A stretch of DNA of 64,000 nt, taken from Candidatus Tectimicrobiota bacterium (GTDB taxonomy: Bacteria > JACPUC01). Each line of letters starts with the position of its first letter. The stretch's first letter is position 1. This document shows positions 53,453 to 63,999 of the stretch, piece by piece. Under the pieces are notes generated by a model. That model was not told the DNA's origin. It did no database searches and saw only the letters and a list, made by a program, of their open reading frames with translations. Made by a program: the position numbers and the translations under genes. The DNA is taken from contig JACPUC010000029.1 in assembly GCA_016192455.1 (NCBI GenBank), positions 1 through 64,000 on the forward strand, given 5' to 3'.

Positions 53453-54157
53453 CTAAAGGCCCAGGTAGGCCCGGCGCACGTCATCATCCTCGAGCATCTC
53501 TTTGCTCGGACCGACCCGCGTGATACGCCCCGTCTCCATGATGTAGGCCCGCTGGGCAATCTCCAGGGCGGAGCGCACATTCTGCTCGACGAGCAGGACG
53601 GTCACCCCATTCCCCTGAATCTCCTTGATCACCCGGAAAATCTCCGTCACGAGCTTGGGCGCCAGGCCGAAACTCGGCTCGTCGATGAGGAGCAGCTTCG
53701 GCCGCGCCATCAGCCCTCGGCCGATCGCCACCATCTGCTGCTCACCGCCGCTCATGCTCCCCACCATCTGCTGCCGCCGATCCGCCAGCCGCGGGAAGAG
53801 CTCGTAGATCCACCTCAGGGTCTGGCGCCGGAAGGGGCGCGCCGCGGCGGGGTACGACCCCATCTCCAGGTTCTCGATCACCGTCATGTCGGGAAACAGT
53901 CTGCGTCCCTCGGGGATGTGGGCGATCCCTAGCTCGACGTTGCGGTGCGGCAGATTTCCCCGCAGGGGCTCCCCTTCGAACGTCACCTCGCCATCGAGGG
54001 GCCGCAGGATGCCGGAAATCGTCCGCAGCGTCGTCGTCTTGCCGGCGCCATTCGAGCCGACGAGGGTGACGATCTCCCCCTTCTTCACCTCGAGCGAGAT
54101 GCCCCAGAGGACCCGAATGTCACCGTACGCTATCGACAGGTTGCGGACCTCTAGCAT
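53453..54157 (-). CDS. livF: branched-chain amino acid ABC ATP-binding protein
   Basis: GSNGAGKT, MSGGEQQM, VEQN and VRRAYLG. Confidence 0.93.
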   Translation of the reverse strand: MLEVRNLSIAYGDIRVLWGISLEVKKGEIVTLVGSNGAGKTTTLRTISGILRPLDGEVTFEGEPLRGNLPHRNVELGIAHIPEGRRLFPDMTVIENLEMGSYPAAARPFRRQTLRWIYELFPRLADRRQQMVGSMSGGEQQMVAIGRGLMARPKLLLIDEPSFGLAPKLVTEIFRVIKEIQGNGVTVLLVEQNVRSALEIAQRAYIMETGRITRVGPSKEMLEDDDVRRAYLGL

Positions 54158-54903
54158 CGCCGATCCTCGGGTTCCGTTCTCTCGCCCAGGTAGGCCTCGA
54201 TGACCCGTTCATCGCTGGTGACTTGGGCCGGTGTCCCCACCGCGATCAGCTCGCCGTGGTGAATCACCATGACGCGATCCGACAGCCCCATGATCGCCCG
54301 CATGACGTGCTCGATCATGAAGATCGTGGTGCCGGTGCCGCGCAGGTTGCGGATGAGCTCCATCGTCTGCGCCGTTTCCGTGGGGTTGAGACCGCAGATG
54401 ACTTCATCGAGGAGCAGCACGAAAGGTTGCGTGGCGAGGGCGCGGGCGATCTCGAGGCGCTTGCGCTCCATCAACGTCAGGTGCTCGGCGTGCTCCTGAA
54501 TCTTGCCGGCCAGTCCCACCATGGCAAGGAGGCGCTCGCCCTCGTGGCGGGCGCCCCGCAGGCTCGGTATCCGGTCGCGGACGCGGCCGAAGTGGATGCC
54601 CACCAGCACGTTCTCCAGCACCGTCAGGTGGGGGAAGGCGCGCACGAGCTGGTAGGTCCGCGCGATGCCGCTGCGACAGATGGCGTAGGGCTTCAGGCGG
54701 CTGATGTCCCTCCCCATGAAGCTGATCTGGCCGCTCGACAGGCGGTGCACGCCGGTGATGAGGTTGAAGAGCGTCGTCTTGCCGGCGCCGTTCGGGCCGA
54801 TAAGACCGAGGATCTCGCCCTCCTGCAGCTCGAAAGTGATGCTGCTCAGGGCTCTCAGGCCACCGAAGTCTTTACTAACGTTGAAGCCTTCCAACAGCGC
54901 CAT
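54151..54903 (-). CDS. livG: branched-chain amino acid ABC ATP-binding protein
   Basis: FGGL, GPNGAGKT, IEHVM and VIEAYLG. Confidence 0.93.
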   Translation of the reverse strand: MALLEGFNVSKDFGGLRALSSITFELQEGEILGLIGPNGAGKTTLFNLITGVHRLSSGQISFMGRDISRLKPYAICRSGIARTYQLVRAFPHLTVLENVLVGIHFGRVRDRIPSLRGARHEGERLLAMVGLAGKIQEHAEHLTLMERKRLEIARALATQPFVLLLDEVICGLNPTETAQTMELIRNLRGTGTTIFMIEHVMRAIMGLSDRVMVIHHGELIAVGTPAQVTSDERVIEAYLGERTEPEDRRC

Positions 54904-55323
54904 CGCTTGCCTTACGCTCTCCTCGCCCTGCGGGACGGATGCAGCGCCGTGCCCCCGGCCGCACCGCGCGCCGCGCCGCGCCCAACGCCTCCCTCAAGCC
55001 CACCTCGCGCATCGCGGCGTCGCAAGCGAAAGCCTCTCCTGCGGCTCGCCACCCGCGCGACGGACGAAGCGCCACGGTGAACAAAAAACAGCAGCTCTGG
55101 GGGAACTGCGGACCTCCGGCGTCGACGCTCCTCGCTGGGGGTGCGGGCTACGGGCCGGCTGAAGGCTGGCACACTATAGCCAGGCTCCGTGATGGTGTCA
55201 ACAAGCCTCACTCGACACCAGCGCCCTGGATCGCGCCGCGGCGACCGCGGCGGCCGGTAAAGGAAGCGAAGGGCGACAACCCAGCGCGAGCGGCCGCGGC
55301 TGCGTCGAGCTGCGCCCCTTCCC

Positions 55324-56190
55324 TCAGCAGCGCTCGGTCCAGGCATGGCTGCCGAAGCAGCGGAGCGCCAGGTCGCGCGCCGCCGCTTCTTCTTCGGGCA
55401 GGGGGGATTCCTCGCTGAAGGTCAGGTCGAGCTCCTCCCGCAGCCCGGCGATCAGAGCTTGCCGCACCTCCGCCGCCGACAGGGGCTGAGCCGCGAAGGC
55501 GTTCAGCCCGCGCGCGTAGTCCGCGGGGGAAGGCCCCTCCGTTGGGGCGAGGAGGCGCGCATAGGTCTCGGCCTCGCTGCGCAGGGGGATGCTCCCCTGC
55601 AGCAGAATGGCGCCGCGCAGGCGGCGCTGGGCGCTGCCGACCACCTTGAACCCCGCGAGCGACACGTCGGCGTTGCCCAGCATGGCGAAGCAGGCGGGGT
55701 GTGCCGGCGGCCTGCTCCTCCCCGCCGCCTGCGCCGTCGCCGTGGCGGCCAGCCCAAGGCGGCGCAGGCCGCGCGCGAAGGCGGCGTGCACGGCCTGGTA
55801 GAGGTCGAGGGGGCGGCTCCTCTCCTGTCGGGTGCGGGGGAGGACGACGGCGTAGGTGAGGTCGTTCCCGTGCAGGACCGCGCCGCCGCCGCTGGGACGC
55901 CGCACCACGGCGTAGCCGAGTCGGCCGCACGCCGCCAGGTCGAGCTGCGCCAGCGGCTGACGGTAGCCGATGGAGACCGCCGGCCGCGCCCAGCCATAGA
56001 AGCGCAGCGTGGGCCGCCCCCCGGCTCCCTCCGCGGCGCCGGGGCCGAGGCGTCGGCGGCCGGGCGCCGCGGCCCCGCCGGCCCGCACTCCGGCCAGAGC
56101 GGCATCGAGGGCCATGGTCAGGGCCGCCTCGTCACGGCGATAGGGCAGGAGGCGCCAGGGTGGAGCGGGCGCTACGTGCTGGGCAACCAT
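55324..56190 (-). CDS. lipoate-protein ligase A family protein (LipM/LplA-like)
   Basis: PTLRFYGW, RRPSGGGAVLH and KVVGSAQ. Confidence 0.9.
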   Translation of the reverse strand: MVAQHVAPAPPWRLLPYRRDEAALTMALDAALAGVRAGGAAAPGRRRLGPGAAEGAGGRPTLRFYGWARPAVSIGYRQPLAQLDLAACGRLGYAVVRRPSGGGAVLHGNDLTYAVVLPRTRQERSRPLDLYQAVHAAFARGLRRLGLAATATAQAAGRSRPPAHPACFAMLGNADVSLAGFKVVGSAQRRLRGAILLQGSIPLRSEAETYARLLAPTEGPSPADYARGLNAFAAQPLSAAEVRQALIAGLREELDLTFSEESPLPEEEAAARDLALRCFGSHAWTERC

Positions 56191-57674
56191 CGAATCTGGG
56201 GCCGCCGCGCCGCCGCCGTCTCATCGAGACGTGACAGGCGCGTCAGGTGCGGCGCCTCATGGAGGAGCTGCGGCTGCTCCGCGCACTCCCGCGCGATGCG
56301 CAGCATGGCGTCGATGAAGCCGTCGAGGGTTTCCACCGTCTCGGTCTCCGTCGGCTCGATCATGAGGGCCGCCTTGACGATCAAGGGGAAGTAGACCGTG
56401 GGCGGGTGGTAGCCGTAGTCCATGAGCCGCTTGGCGATGTCGAGGGTGGTGACGCCGTGCGGCGCCTGGCGCGCGTCGGTGAAGACGCACTCGTGCAGGC
56501 AGGGCCGATCGTAGGGGAGCGCGTAGGCGCCGCGCAGCCGCGCCCGCACGTAGTTGGCGTTGAGCACGGCGTCGGCGCTCGCCTGCGCCAAGCCGCTCCC
56601 TCCCATGGCGCGGATGTACGCGTAGGCCCGCAGCAGCACCCCGACATTGCCGAAGAAGGCGCGCACCCTGCCGATGCTGTGGGGGACATCGTAGCGCAGC
56701 GCGTAGCGCTCGCCGACGCGCTCCACCAGCGGCGTGGGGAGGTAGTCCGCCAGCCGCGCGCTGACGCCCACCGGGCCGGCGCCGGGCCCGCCGCCGCCGT
56801 GCGGGGTGGAGAAGGTCTTGTGGAGGTTGAAGTGCAGCACGTCCACCCCCGTGTCGCCCGGACGCACCAGCCCCATGAGCGCGTTGAGGTTGGCGCCGTC
56901 GCAGTAGACGAAGCCGCCGCGCTCATGGACGAGGTCGCAGATCGCCGCGATCTCTGCCTCGAACAGCCCCAGGGTGTTCGGGTTGGTGATCATCAGCGCG
57001 GCGACCTCCTCCGACATCCGCCGCGCCACCTCCGCCGCCTCCAGGTAACCGCGCGGCCCGCAGGGCAGCTCGATGACCTCGTAGCCGCACAGCGCCGAGC
57101 TGGCCGAGTTGGTGCCGTGGGCCGAGGCGGGCAGGAGCACCGTGCGGCGAGGATTGCCCGCGCGCGTCAGGGCGGCCCGGATCATCAGCATGCCCACCAG
57201 CTCGCCGTGGGCGCCGGCGGCGGGCTGCAGGCTCACCTTGGCCATGCCGCTGATGGCGCACAGGTAGTCGGCGAGCTCGCTCAGGAGCTGCAGGGTTCCC
57301 TGCGCCTGCTCGTCGCGGCTGAGGGGATGGGCGCCGGCGAACCCCGGCAGGGCCGCGGCCGCTTCGTTGATCTTCGGGTTGAGCTTCATCGTGCAGGAGC
57401 CGAGGGGGTAGAAGCCGCTGTCCACCGAGAAGTTCCACTGCGACAGGCGGGTGAAGTGGCGCACCACCTCGATGGCGCTCACCTGCGGGAACCCCGGCAG
57501 CCCATCGCTGCGCAGCAGCCCGCCATAGGTTGCCGCGAGGTCCAGGGCGGGCACATCCGCCGCCGGCGGCACGAAGGCGGCGCGGCCCTCGCCGCCCTGC
57601 TCGAAGATGAGCGGCTCATTGAACGTCAGACCGCGGGCGGCGACGCCGCCGGGTGAGGTCTCTGCTGAGGACAT
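56172..57674 (-). CDS. gcvPB: glycine dehydrogenase subunit 2
   Basis: YPLGSCTMK and NLHKTFSTPHGGGGPG. Confidence 0.97.
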   Translation of the reverse strand: MSSAETSPGGVAARGLTFNEPLIFEQGGEGRAAFVPPAADVPALDLAATYGGLLRSDGLPGFPQVSAIEVVRHFTRLSQWNFSVDSGFYPLGSCTMKLNPKINEAAAALPGFAGAHPLSRDEQAQGTLQLLSELADYLCAISGMAKVSLQPAAGAHGELVGMLMIRAALTRAGNPRRTVLLPASAHGTNSASSALCGYEVIELPCGPRGYLEAAEVARRMSEEVAALMITNPNTLGLFEAEIAAICDLVHERGGFVYCDGANLNALMGLVRPGDTGVDVLHFNLHKTFSTPHGGGGPGAGPVGVSARLADYLPTPLVERVGERYALRYDVPHSIGRVRAFFGNVGVLLRAYAYIRAMGGSGLAQASADAVLNANYVRARLRGAYALPYDRPCLHECVFTDARQAPHGVTTLDIAKRLMDYGYHPPTVYFPLIVKAALMIEPTETETVETLDGFIDAMLRIARECAEQPQLLHEAPHLTRLSRLDETAAARRPQIRWLPST

Positions 57675-57727
57675 CGCTCCGAGTTCCTGGGTGGCGAGAG
57701 GCGCAACCTCGTGGCCCGTTGCCAACC

Positions 57728-59071
57728 TCAGCGGCACTGCTTCGCCAGCAGCTCCGCGCAGCGCTCGATCTCGGCGCGGCTGCGCTTCTCGGTGACGCAG
57801 ACGAGGAGGTCGTTGGGCCGCCCGGCGTCATAGCGGCTGAGTGGCAGGCCCGGGGTGACGCCGCCGGCCTCGACGGCGGCGCAGATCGCGGCGGCGGACC
57901 GCTCGCAGGTGATGACGAACTCGTTGAAGTGCGGCGCGGCGTAGGTGCGCCGCACGCCGGGGACCTCTGTCAGCAGGTGACGCGCATAGGCCGCCTTCCG
58001 CGCGTTCAGCTCCGCCAGCCGTCGCAGGCCCTGCTTGCCGACGGTGCAAAGGTAAATGGTGGCCGCCAGGGCGCACAGCGAGTGGTTCGTGCAGATGTTC
58101 GAGGTGGCGCGCTGGCGGCGGATGTGCTGCTCGCGGGTCGCCAGCGTGAGGACGAAGCCGGGTTGGTCCCGGCGGTCGCGCGTGCGCCCGACGATGCGTC
58201 CCGGCATCTGCCGCAGATAGCGCTCCTTGGCGGCGAAGAAGCCGAGGTGCGGCCCGCCGTACTGCGGCGCCAGGCCGAAGCTCTGCCCTTCGCCGGCGAC
58301 GAGGTCCGCCGCCGCGGGGGGCCGGAAGAGCCCCAGCGACAGCGCCTCGGCGATCACCGCGATGCTCAGCGCGTCGCAGCGCCGGGCAGCTTCCGTAAAG
58401 GTCTCCCAGGGCTCGACGATGCCGTAGAAGTTGGGGCTCTGCCCGACGATGCAGCAGGTGTCGGGACCGCCGAGGGAGCGCGCCGCCTCCGCATCCGTGC
58501 GGCCGTCTTCCGTCAGCGGGATGGAGCTGAGCTTCAGGCCCAGGGGAGTCACATAGGTTTCCAGCACCTGGCGATACTCCGGGTGCAGGCCGGCGCTCGC
58601 CAGCACTTGGCCGCGGGGCTTCAGGCGGTGTGCCATAAGGACGGCCTCGGCGGTGGCCGAGGCGCCGTCGTACATGGAGGCGTTGGCCACCTCCATGCCG
58701 GTGAGCTGGCAGATGAGGGTCTGGAACTCGAAGATCGCCTGCAGGGTGCCCTGGCTGAGCTCCGGCTGATACGGGGTGTAGGCGGTGAGGAACTCGCCGC
58801 GAGAGGCGAGCTGCGGCACCACCGCCGGGATGAAATGGTCGTAGACGCCCGCTCCCAGGAAGGAGCAGTGCCCCTGCGCCACGGCATTGCGCCTGCTGAG
58901 GGCCTCGAGGTGGGCGAGCAGGGTCATCTCGTCCATCGCGTCCGGCACCTCCAGAGGCTTCCTGGAGCGCAGGACCTCGGGAATATCCCCGAGCAGCTCC
59001 TCGAGGGAGGCGACCCCGATCGCCTCAAGCATGCGCCGACGATCTGCGTCGGAATGTGGCAGGTAGGCCAT
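57728..59071 (-). CDS. gcvPA: glycine dehydrogenase subunit 1
   Basis: AYTPYQPELSQG, NASMYDG and TREQHIRR..ATSNIC. Confidence 0.97.
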   Translation of the reverse strand: MAYLPHSDADRRRMLEAIGVASLEELLGDIPEVLRSRKPLEVPDAMDEMTLLAHLEALSRRNAVAQGHCSFLGAGVYDHFIPAVVPQLASRGEFLTAYTPYQPELSQGTLQAIFEFQTLICQLTGMEVANASMYDGASATAEAVLMAHRLKPRGQVLASAGLHPEYRQVLETYVTPLGLKLSSIPLTEDGRTDAEAARSLGGPDTCCIVGQSPNFYGIVEPWETFTEAARRCDALSIAVIAEALSLGLFRPPAAADLVAGEGQSFGLAPQYGGPHLGFFAAKERYLRQMPGRIVGRTRDRRDQPGFVLTLATREQHIRRQRATSNICTNHSLCALAATIYLCTVGKQGLRRLAELNARKAAYARHLLTEVPGVRRTYAAPHFNEFVITCERSAAAICAAVEAGGVTPGLPLSRYDAGRPNDLLVCVTEKRSRAEIERCAELLAKQCR

Positions 59072-59510
59072 AGGTCATCCATACCAACAAAGCGTCAGCG
59101 CTGTGCAGTGACGACCCAGCAGTGAGGAGGGGACGAGAGCGGTTGGTCCGGCTATCTCGAAGGCGGCACGGCCGCGTCAACCTGCCCGGAAGCGTCGGGC
59201 TTGCCCGTGCAAGAAGCTCAGGTCCGCCCGCCGGACGGGCAGGCGGCAATCCGGCGAACGCCGCGCGGACAACGCTGCGCCGGCGCCTTCACCTACCCGG
59301 GAGTTCCTCCTCCGGAGGCCAGGCCACGGCGCCCTGGCGGCGCACGGAAGCTCCAGGAGAGAAGAGGCGCCGCCGCGCCCCTCGTCCTGCTTTGTCAGCG
59401 GCGTGGGCAGCAACCTCGCGCCGGAGGGAGCAGGGACAGGCGCAAGCGCGTCGTTCCAGGGGCGGCCGGGGTGAGCACCGTGCCTCGCCGGCTACACTCA
59501 GCGACCACCT

Positions 59511-59900
59511 CTACCCCTCTTTGGCGCCGATCTGCTCCCGATACTCCTCCACGGAGAGGAGCTGCTCAAGCTCCTCGGGGCGCGACATCCGCACCACGAT
59601 CATCCAGCCCTCGCCATACGGGCTGGTGTTCACCAGCTCCGGCTTCTCCTGGAGGGCCTCGTTGATCCTCACCACCGTGCCGCTCACGGGTGCATAGAGG
59701 TCGGAGACCGCCTTCACCGATTCCACCACGCCGAAGGTGGCCTCTGCCGCCACCTCGCTGCCCACCGCCGGCAGCTCGACGTAGACGACATCGCCCAGCT
59801 CATCCTGGGCGAAGTCAGTGATGCCCACCGTTGCCTCGCCGTTCTGAACGCGGGCCCACTCATGCTCCGCGGAGTATTTCAGGTCCGCAGGGAATTCCAT
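59511..59900 (-). CDS. gcvH: glycine cleavage system H protein
   Basis: HEW, GITDFAQ and VESVKAVSD lipoyl-lysine motif. Confidence 0.98.
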   Translation of the reverse strand: MEFPADLKYSAEHEWARVQNGEATVGITDFAQDELGDVVYVELPAVGSEVAAEATFGVVESVKAVSDLYAPVSGTVVRINEALQEKPELVNTSPYGEGWMIVVRMSRPEELEQLLSVEEYREQIGAKEG

Positions 59901-60002
59901 CCTTGCTCCTCTCGTCGCCGGCTTGTCCCGAGCATCGTGTCGCCGCCGCAGCGCGCTGGAGGCGCGGAGCGTGCAGGGATGGCATACCCGTCGGCTGCGC
60001 CG

Positions 60003-61088
60003 TCATGCCCTCGGCGCGTGGTAGAAAGGTAGTGGGCGCGCCTGCGCGAGGATTGGTTTGCCGCGAATCTCCACCGCCAGCTCGTTGCCCGCCGCGGCAA
60101 CTCGACTCTCAACGTAGCCCATGGCGATGGAAGATTGCAAGGTCGGCGAGAAGGCGCCGCTCGTCACCTGGCCAACGGGGAGACCCTGGCGCAGGATCGC
60201 ATACCCGGTGCGCGCCACGGCGCGGCTGGCGAGCCGCAGGCCGATGCGCCGCCGCGGCGCTCCCTCCGCCGCCTGCCTGGCCAGCGCCGCGCGGCCGATG
60301 AACGGGCCGCAGTCGAAGGAGACGAAGCGCTTCAGTCCCGCCTCGATGGGGGAGGTGCGGGGATCGAGCTCATGCCCGTGCAGGGGAAAGCCCGCCTCGA
60401 TGCGCAGGGTGTCGCGCGCGCCCAAGCCGCACGGCCGCACCCCCGTTTCGAGGAGCGCATCCCAGACGAGCACGGCGGAGTCGGCGGGCAGGAAGAGCTC
60501 AAACCCGTCTTCGCCGGTGTACCCCGTGCGCGACAGCAGGGTGGCGATGCCGAGAGCGCCCGTCTCGAGGCAGTGGAACCGCCGCAGCCGCGTCAGATCG
60601 GCCGCCACGAGCGGCTGCAAAAGGGCCTCCGCCCGCGGCCCCTGCAGCGCCAGGAGCGCCGTCTCCTCGCTGGCGTCGCGCGCCGCCACGCCTTCCGGCA
60701 GGTGCTCGCGCAGCCAGGCCCAATCAACCGCCGTGTTCGCGGCGTTGACGCAGAGGAGGTAGGCCGAGTCCGCCGGGCGCAGGACCGTAAGGTCGTCGAT
60801 CGTGCCCCCCGCCTCGTTGCAGAGGAGCGTGTACTGCACGCCGCCCACCTGCAGCCGCCCGAGGTCGTTGGTGAGCAGACCCTGCAGGGCTGCCGCCGCG
60901 CCGGCGCCCTCCACCCACAACTCGCCCATGTGGCTGACGTCGAAGAGGCCGGCATCGCTGCGCACCGCCAGGTGCTCGGCGATGATGCCGCGGTACTGCA
61001 CCGGCAGCTCCCAGCCGTGAAAATCCATGAACCGGGCGTGGCACTGCTGCTGGGCGGCGTGGAGCGGGGTTCGGCGTGGCGTCGTCAT
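60003..61088 (-). CDS. gcvT: glycine cleavage system aminomethyltransferase T
   Basis: FDVSHMG, RTGYTGEDGFE and GLGARDTLR. Confidence 0.97.
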   Translation of the reverse strand: MTTPRRTPLHAAQQQCHARFMDFHGWELPVQYRGIIAEHLAVRSDAGLFDVSHMGELWVEGAGAAAALQGLLTNDLGRLQVGGVQYTLLCNEAGGTIDDLTVLRPADSAYLLCVNAANTAVDWAWLREHLPEGVAARDASEETALLALQGPRAEALLQPLVAADLTRLRRFHCLETGALGIATLLSRTGYTGEDGFELFLPADSAVLVWDALLETGVRPCGLGARDTLRIEAGFPLHGHELDPRTSPIEAGLKRFVSFDCGPFIGRAALARQAAEGAPRRRIGLRLASRAVARTGYAILRQGLPVGQVTSGAFSPTLQSSIAMGYVESRVAAAGNELAVEIRGKPILAQARPLPFYHAPRA

Positions 61089-61161
61089 GCGAGGTCCTGC
61101 TTGGGGAAAAGACCCCCCAAGTGATTGATTTCACGACATTGCAGGTTTGCCACCCTGCCTC

Positions 61162-61314
61162 TTACAGCGGCCGGGAGGTTCAGAGTCGTAGGGGCGGGGC
61201 TTGCCCCGCCCTCCGAGTCGCCCCCTCTGAGCCTCCGCGCTGGGGCGCAGCAAGCGGCGCCCCTACACCGAGGATGCCGATCCCTTCGACATGAGAGACG
61301 GTCGCTCGCTGTAA
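61162..61314. repeat. short inverted-repeat-bounded unit containing a REP doublet
   Basis: TTACAGCG...CGCTGTAA ends; internal GTAGGGGCGGGGCTTGCCCCGCCC and GGGGCGC...GCGCCCCTAC. Confidence 0.55.
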
Positions 61315-61403
61315 ACCGCATTTTCATCCCTTCGCGGGTGGGCCGAAGGCCCATGGGGAACTGCTCGGCAATCCCCGCCCGGAAGGATGGGCGGCGAGGG
61401 TGC

Positions 61404-62186
61404 TCAGGCGCGCCGGCGAGGAGGCCTCGGGACGACCTCGGTCCGCCGGTCGCCCGCCGCTTCGCCTCGCCGCCTGGAGCGCGGAGACGCGGGCGCGCCC
61501 GGCTTGCCGCGCGAGAGGTGCGGGTTGTCTGCCAGGTAGCAGCGCCAGAGGCGGTCAGCGCCGGCGCTGATGCCGATGCGGGGGCTCCAAAGAACATGCG
61601 GCGCGTCCGTGAGCGGCTGGGCGCCGCGGCCCCCCTGGCGACACACGTCTGGCGACGGCAAGCCATTCCCGGCAGAAGCCGACCCGGCGCACTCCACCTC
61701 GGCGCCGGACGGAATCCCCCGCGCCTGTTCGATTGTCAGCGGACCGGCGCACAGGTCGCTGCCAAGGAGGTGCCGCGCAATGCCCATGGCGCGGCAGAGC
61801 TTCGCGGGGCCGGAGCAGAGCTCGGTGAGCTGCCGCGCACCCCGCCGCTGGCGCATCAGCGCGAGCCCTTCCAGGGGCTCCACGGCACGGATCAGCACCG
61901 CCGCCGGAAAACCTTCCGCCTCCGTGACGATGTTGAACATGAAGTGCATGCCGTAGGTGAAGTAAACATAGGCATAGCCGGCAGGCCCGTACATGATGGC
62001 GTTGCGCGGTGTGCGGCCGCGGGCGGCGTGGCAGGCCGGATCGCTCTCGCCGATATACGCCTCGGCTTCGACGATGCGCCCGGCGGCGCGGCCCTCGGGA
62101 CTTTCCGAGATCAGGACCTTGCCGAGCAGCTCCCGCGCCACGGTGAGCGTTGGACGGGCGTAGAAATCGCGTCCCAAGGCTGCCAT
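61404..62186 (-). CDS. mpg: DNA-3-methyladenine glycosylase
   Basis: [29 protein letters not shown] and SPRIGI. Confidence 0.93.
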   Translation of the reverse strand: MAALGRDFYARPTLTVARELLGKVLISESPEGRAAGRIVEAEAYIGESDPACHAARGRTPRNAIMYGPAGYAYVYFTYGMHFMFNIVTEAEGFPAAVLIRAVEPLEGLALMRQRRGARQLTELCSGPAKLCRAMGIARHLLGSDLCAGPLTIEQARGIPSGAEVECAGSASAGNGLPSPDVCRQGGRGAQPLTDAPHVLWSPRIGISAGADRLWRCYLADNPHLSRGKPGAPASPRSRRRGEAAGDRRTEVVPRPPRRRA

Positions 62187-62940
62187 CGGCTCAGCCGAGT
62201 TCCAAGGGGGGAAGCTCACTGGAGGGTTGCCCGGCAACGACCGAAATAGACCATGAGGGCTGCTCGTTATCGTCGACAGGAGATCGGCGCGCCACGGCGG
62301 CAACACCACCGCCAGCCGGTCAAGCCGGAGCCGTGCCCCTGACGCGCACGCGCGACCAGGCGGCGCGCTCCCTCGACCTGATGCAGGATAGCATGCGGCG
62401 GCGCGGCGGGCAAATTCCGGACGTCCCAGCCGCGGTCGCAAACCCTTGGGCCGGCCGGGAGCAAGGCGGCCTCCCTGGCGGCGCATCCGGCGTGGCAAGA
62501 ATGGTCAATGCAGCAACCGCAGGTGGTAAGAATTGACCACTCCGGTGCGTCCCTTGCCCGACGCGCGCCCGCGGGTCAGCCGGGAGCATCAACCGAGAGG
62601 CGGCCTGATGCGGCGTTTCGGCACGCTCCATGGAGACTTCCGTCGAGGTGGGGAAAGGGAAGCGGGGACGGGGTGATCTCACCTGAAAACGGGCATAAAT
62701 CTTGCTGCTGAGCGCGGGTGTGCGGCCTTTCTGGCCCGGGCTTCCCGCGCTGAGTTCGTTCTCGGCGGCGGCCCGCAAGCTTCGCTTCTCGGGGGCGTCT
62801 ATTGGGAGTGGAGGGCGAGGGAACACCTCGTCCGTGCCGCAACCAGGGTCATGCGGAGTTCCCACGTCGAGAAGGGTGACGTACCGGAGAAAGAGCTGCC
62901 GATCCTCGCTGCGTGGTCGGCGGTGCGAGAGGGTGCGAGC

Positions 62941-63135
62941 ATGCGGTTTCACAGCATCGCTGCGGCCCGGGAAGCCTATCTCTCGAAGAAGATTGATAAG
63001 TTCGAGTACGATGCGATCTTGCTGCGCAAGGCATTGGAGCAGATGTCCGCGGCGATGCAAGCGTCGCAGTCCACCGAACCAGCGGCAGCATCTTCTCCGC
63101 CGCCAGTGCCGGTTGCCGTCAAACGGGGTCGGTAG
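62941..63135 (+). CDS. small hypothetical protein (start may be 62851)
   Basis: GAGGG upstream of ATG; helical-looking core AREAYLSKKIDKFEYDAILL. Confidence 0.45.
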   Translation: MRFHSIAAAREAYLSKKIDKFEYDAILLRKALEQMSAAMQASQSTEPAAASSPPPVPVAVKRGR

Positions 63136-63268
63136 CCAGACCGCGGAACGCTGCCAGACTCCGCCGTCGGTGTGCAAGTATCGTCGGCCCCACCTTCACC
63201 CCTATGAGCCCGCCAAGCGAAGGGATGTCCCGAAGACGCAGCATCCAGGAGAGCTGAGGAGCCTGCTC

Positions 63269-63706
63269 ATGTCCCGCCAGGGTGAGTTGGAGAGCAGTCG
63301 CCGAGCGCGGCGAGCCGGCAGCGCATCGCCGACGAACCTGCTCGTTGCCGCTCTGCTGAGCGTGCTGCTCCTGGCCGGCGCGGACGGTCGCGCCGCCGCG
63401 GCGATGGAGCCCCTGGGAGCCGGGGCGCGCAGGGCCGGTTCCATGACGCTGGCGCAGCGTGAGTTCGTGGCCCAGCTCAGCGGCTTCGTCGAGGGGCGCC
63501 TGCGCTTTCCCACCATCATCCTCTGGAGCAAGCCGGGCGGCTTTCCCGCCGGGGCGCACAAGGTGGCGGAGGTGCGCAGCGGCTCCCTCGTCAGGGTGGT
63601 GACGGTGCAGCGCGTGAACGCCATGCAGTGGGCGCTCGTCTCCTCGTTCGGGGTCAACGAGCACCCCAACGGCTGGGTTCCGGAAGTGCTCCTGCGGGCG
63701 CAGTAA
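63269..63706 (+). CDS. hypothetical exported protein, SH3-like C-terminus
   Basis: GAGGAG RBS, hydrophobic signal, ...QWALV...GWVP pattern. Confidence 0.6.
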   Translation: MSRQGELESSRRARRAGSASPTNLLVAALLSVLLLAGADGRAAAAMEPLGAGARRAGSMTLAQREFVAQLSGFVEGRLRFPTIILWSKPGGFPAGAHKVAEVRSGSLVRVVTVQRVNAMQWALVSSFGVNEHPNGWVPEVLLRAQ

Positions 63707-63798
63707 CTCCCTCCCAGCGCGACTGCCGCTGAGCGTGCCGCCGGGAGTACCGGCAGGGAGGGGAAGTCTTTGCCGGCCGCAGGGTCAAAGGGGTCGAC

Positions 63799-63999
63799 TC
63801 ACGAGCACCGGTGCGACGCCAGGAAGGCCCGCAACCAGCGGCTCCAGGCGGCCTCGATACGGGCATAGGCGGCATCCTGCGCCTGCTGCTCGGGAAGGGA
63901 GGGATCGACGGCGCTGACGATCTCGAAGCCCGCCAGCGACAGGTGGGGATCAGCCCAGTGGTAGTGGGACATGCAGACGGCGCCCTGCTCGCGCAGCGT
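63799..63999 (-). CDS. 3' end of a hypothetical protein running off the window
   Basis: Open frame TLREQGAVCMSHYHWADPH...RAFLASHRCS* with GC3-biased codons. Confidence 0.55.
   Translation of the reverse strand, partial: TLREQGAVCMSHYHWADPHLSLAGFEIVSAVDPSLPEQQAQDAAYARIEAAWSRWLRAFLASHRCS

Noticed and set aside
59072-59510. Glycine riboswitch in the long gcvH-gcvPA gap or upstream of gcvT
   Set aside because: The conserved aptamer motifs (GGAGA...CCGAAG...CUCUCAGG) could not be found in order on the minus strand.
62150-62536. 128-aa ORF upstream of mpg
   Set aside because: Overlaps the mpg start, has no clear RBS or start, and is low complexity; a short gene cannot be excluded.
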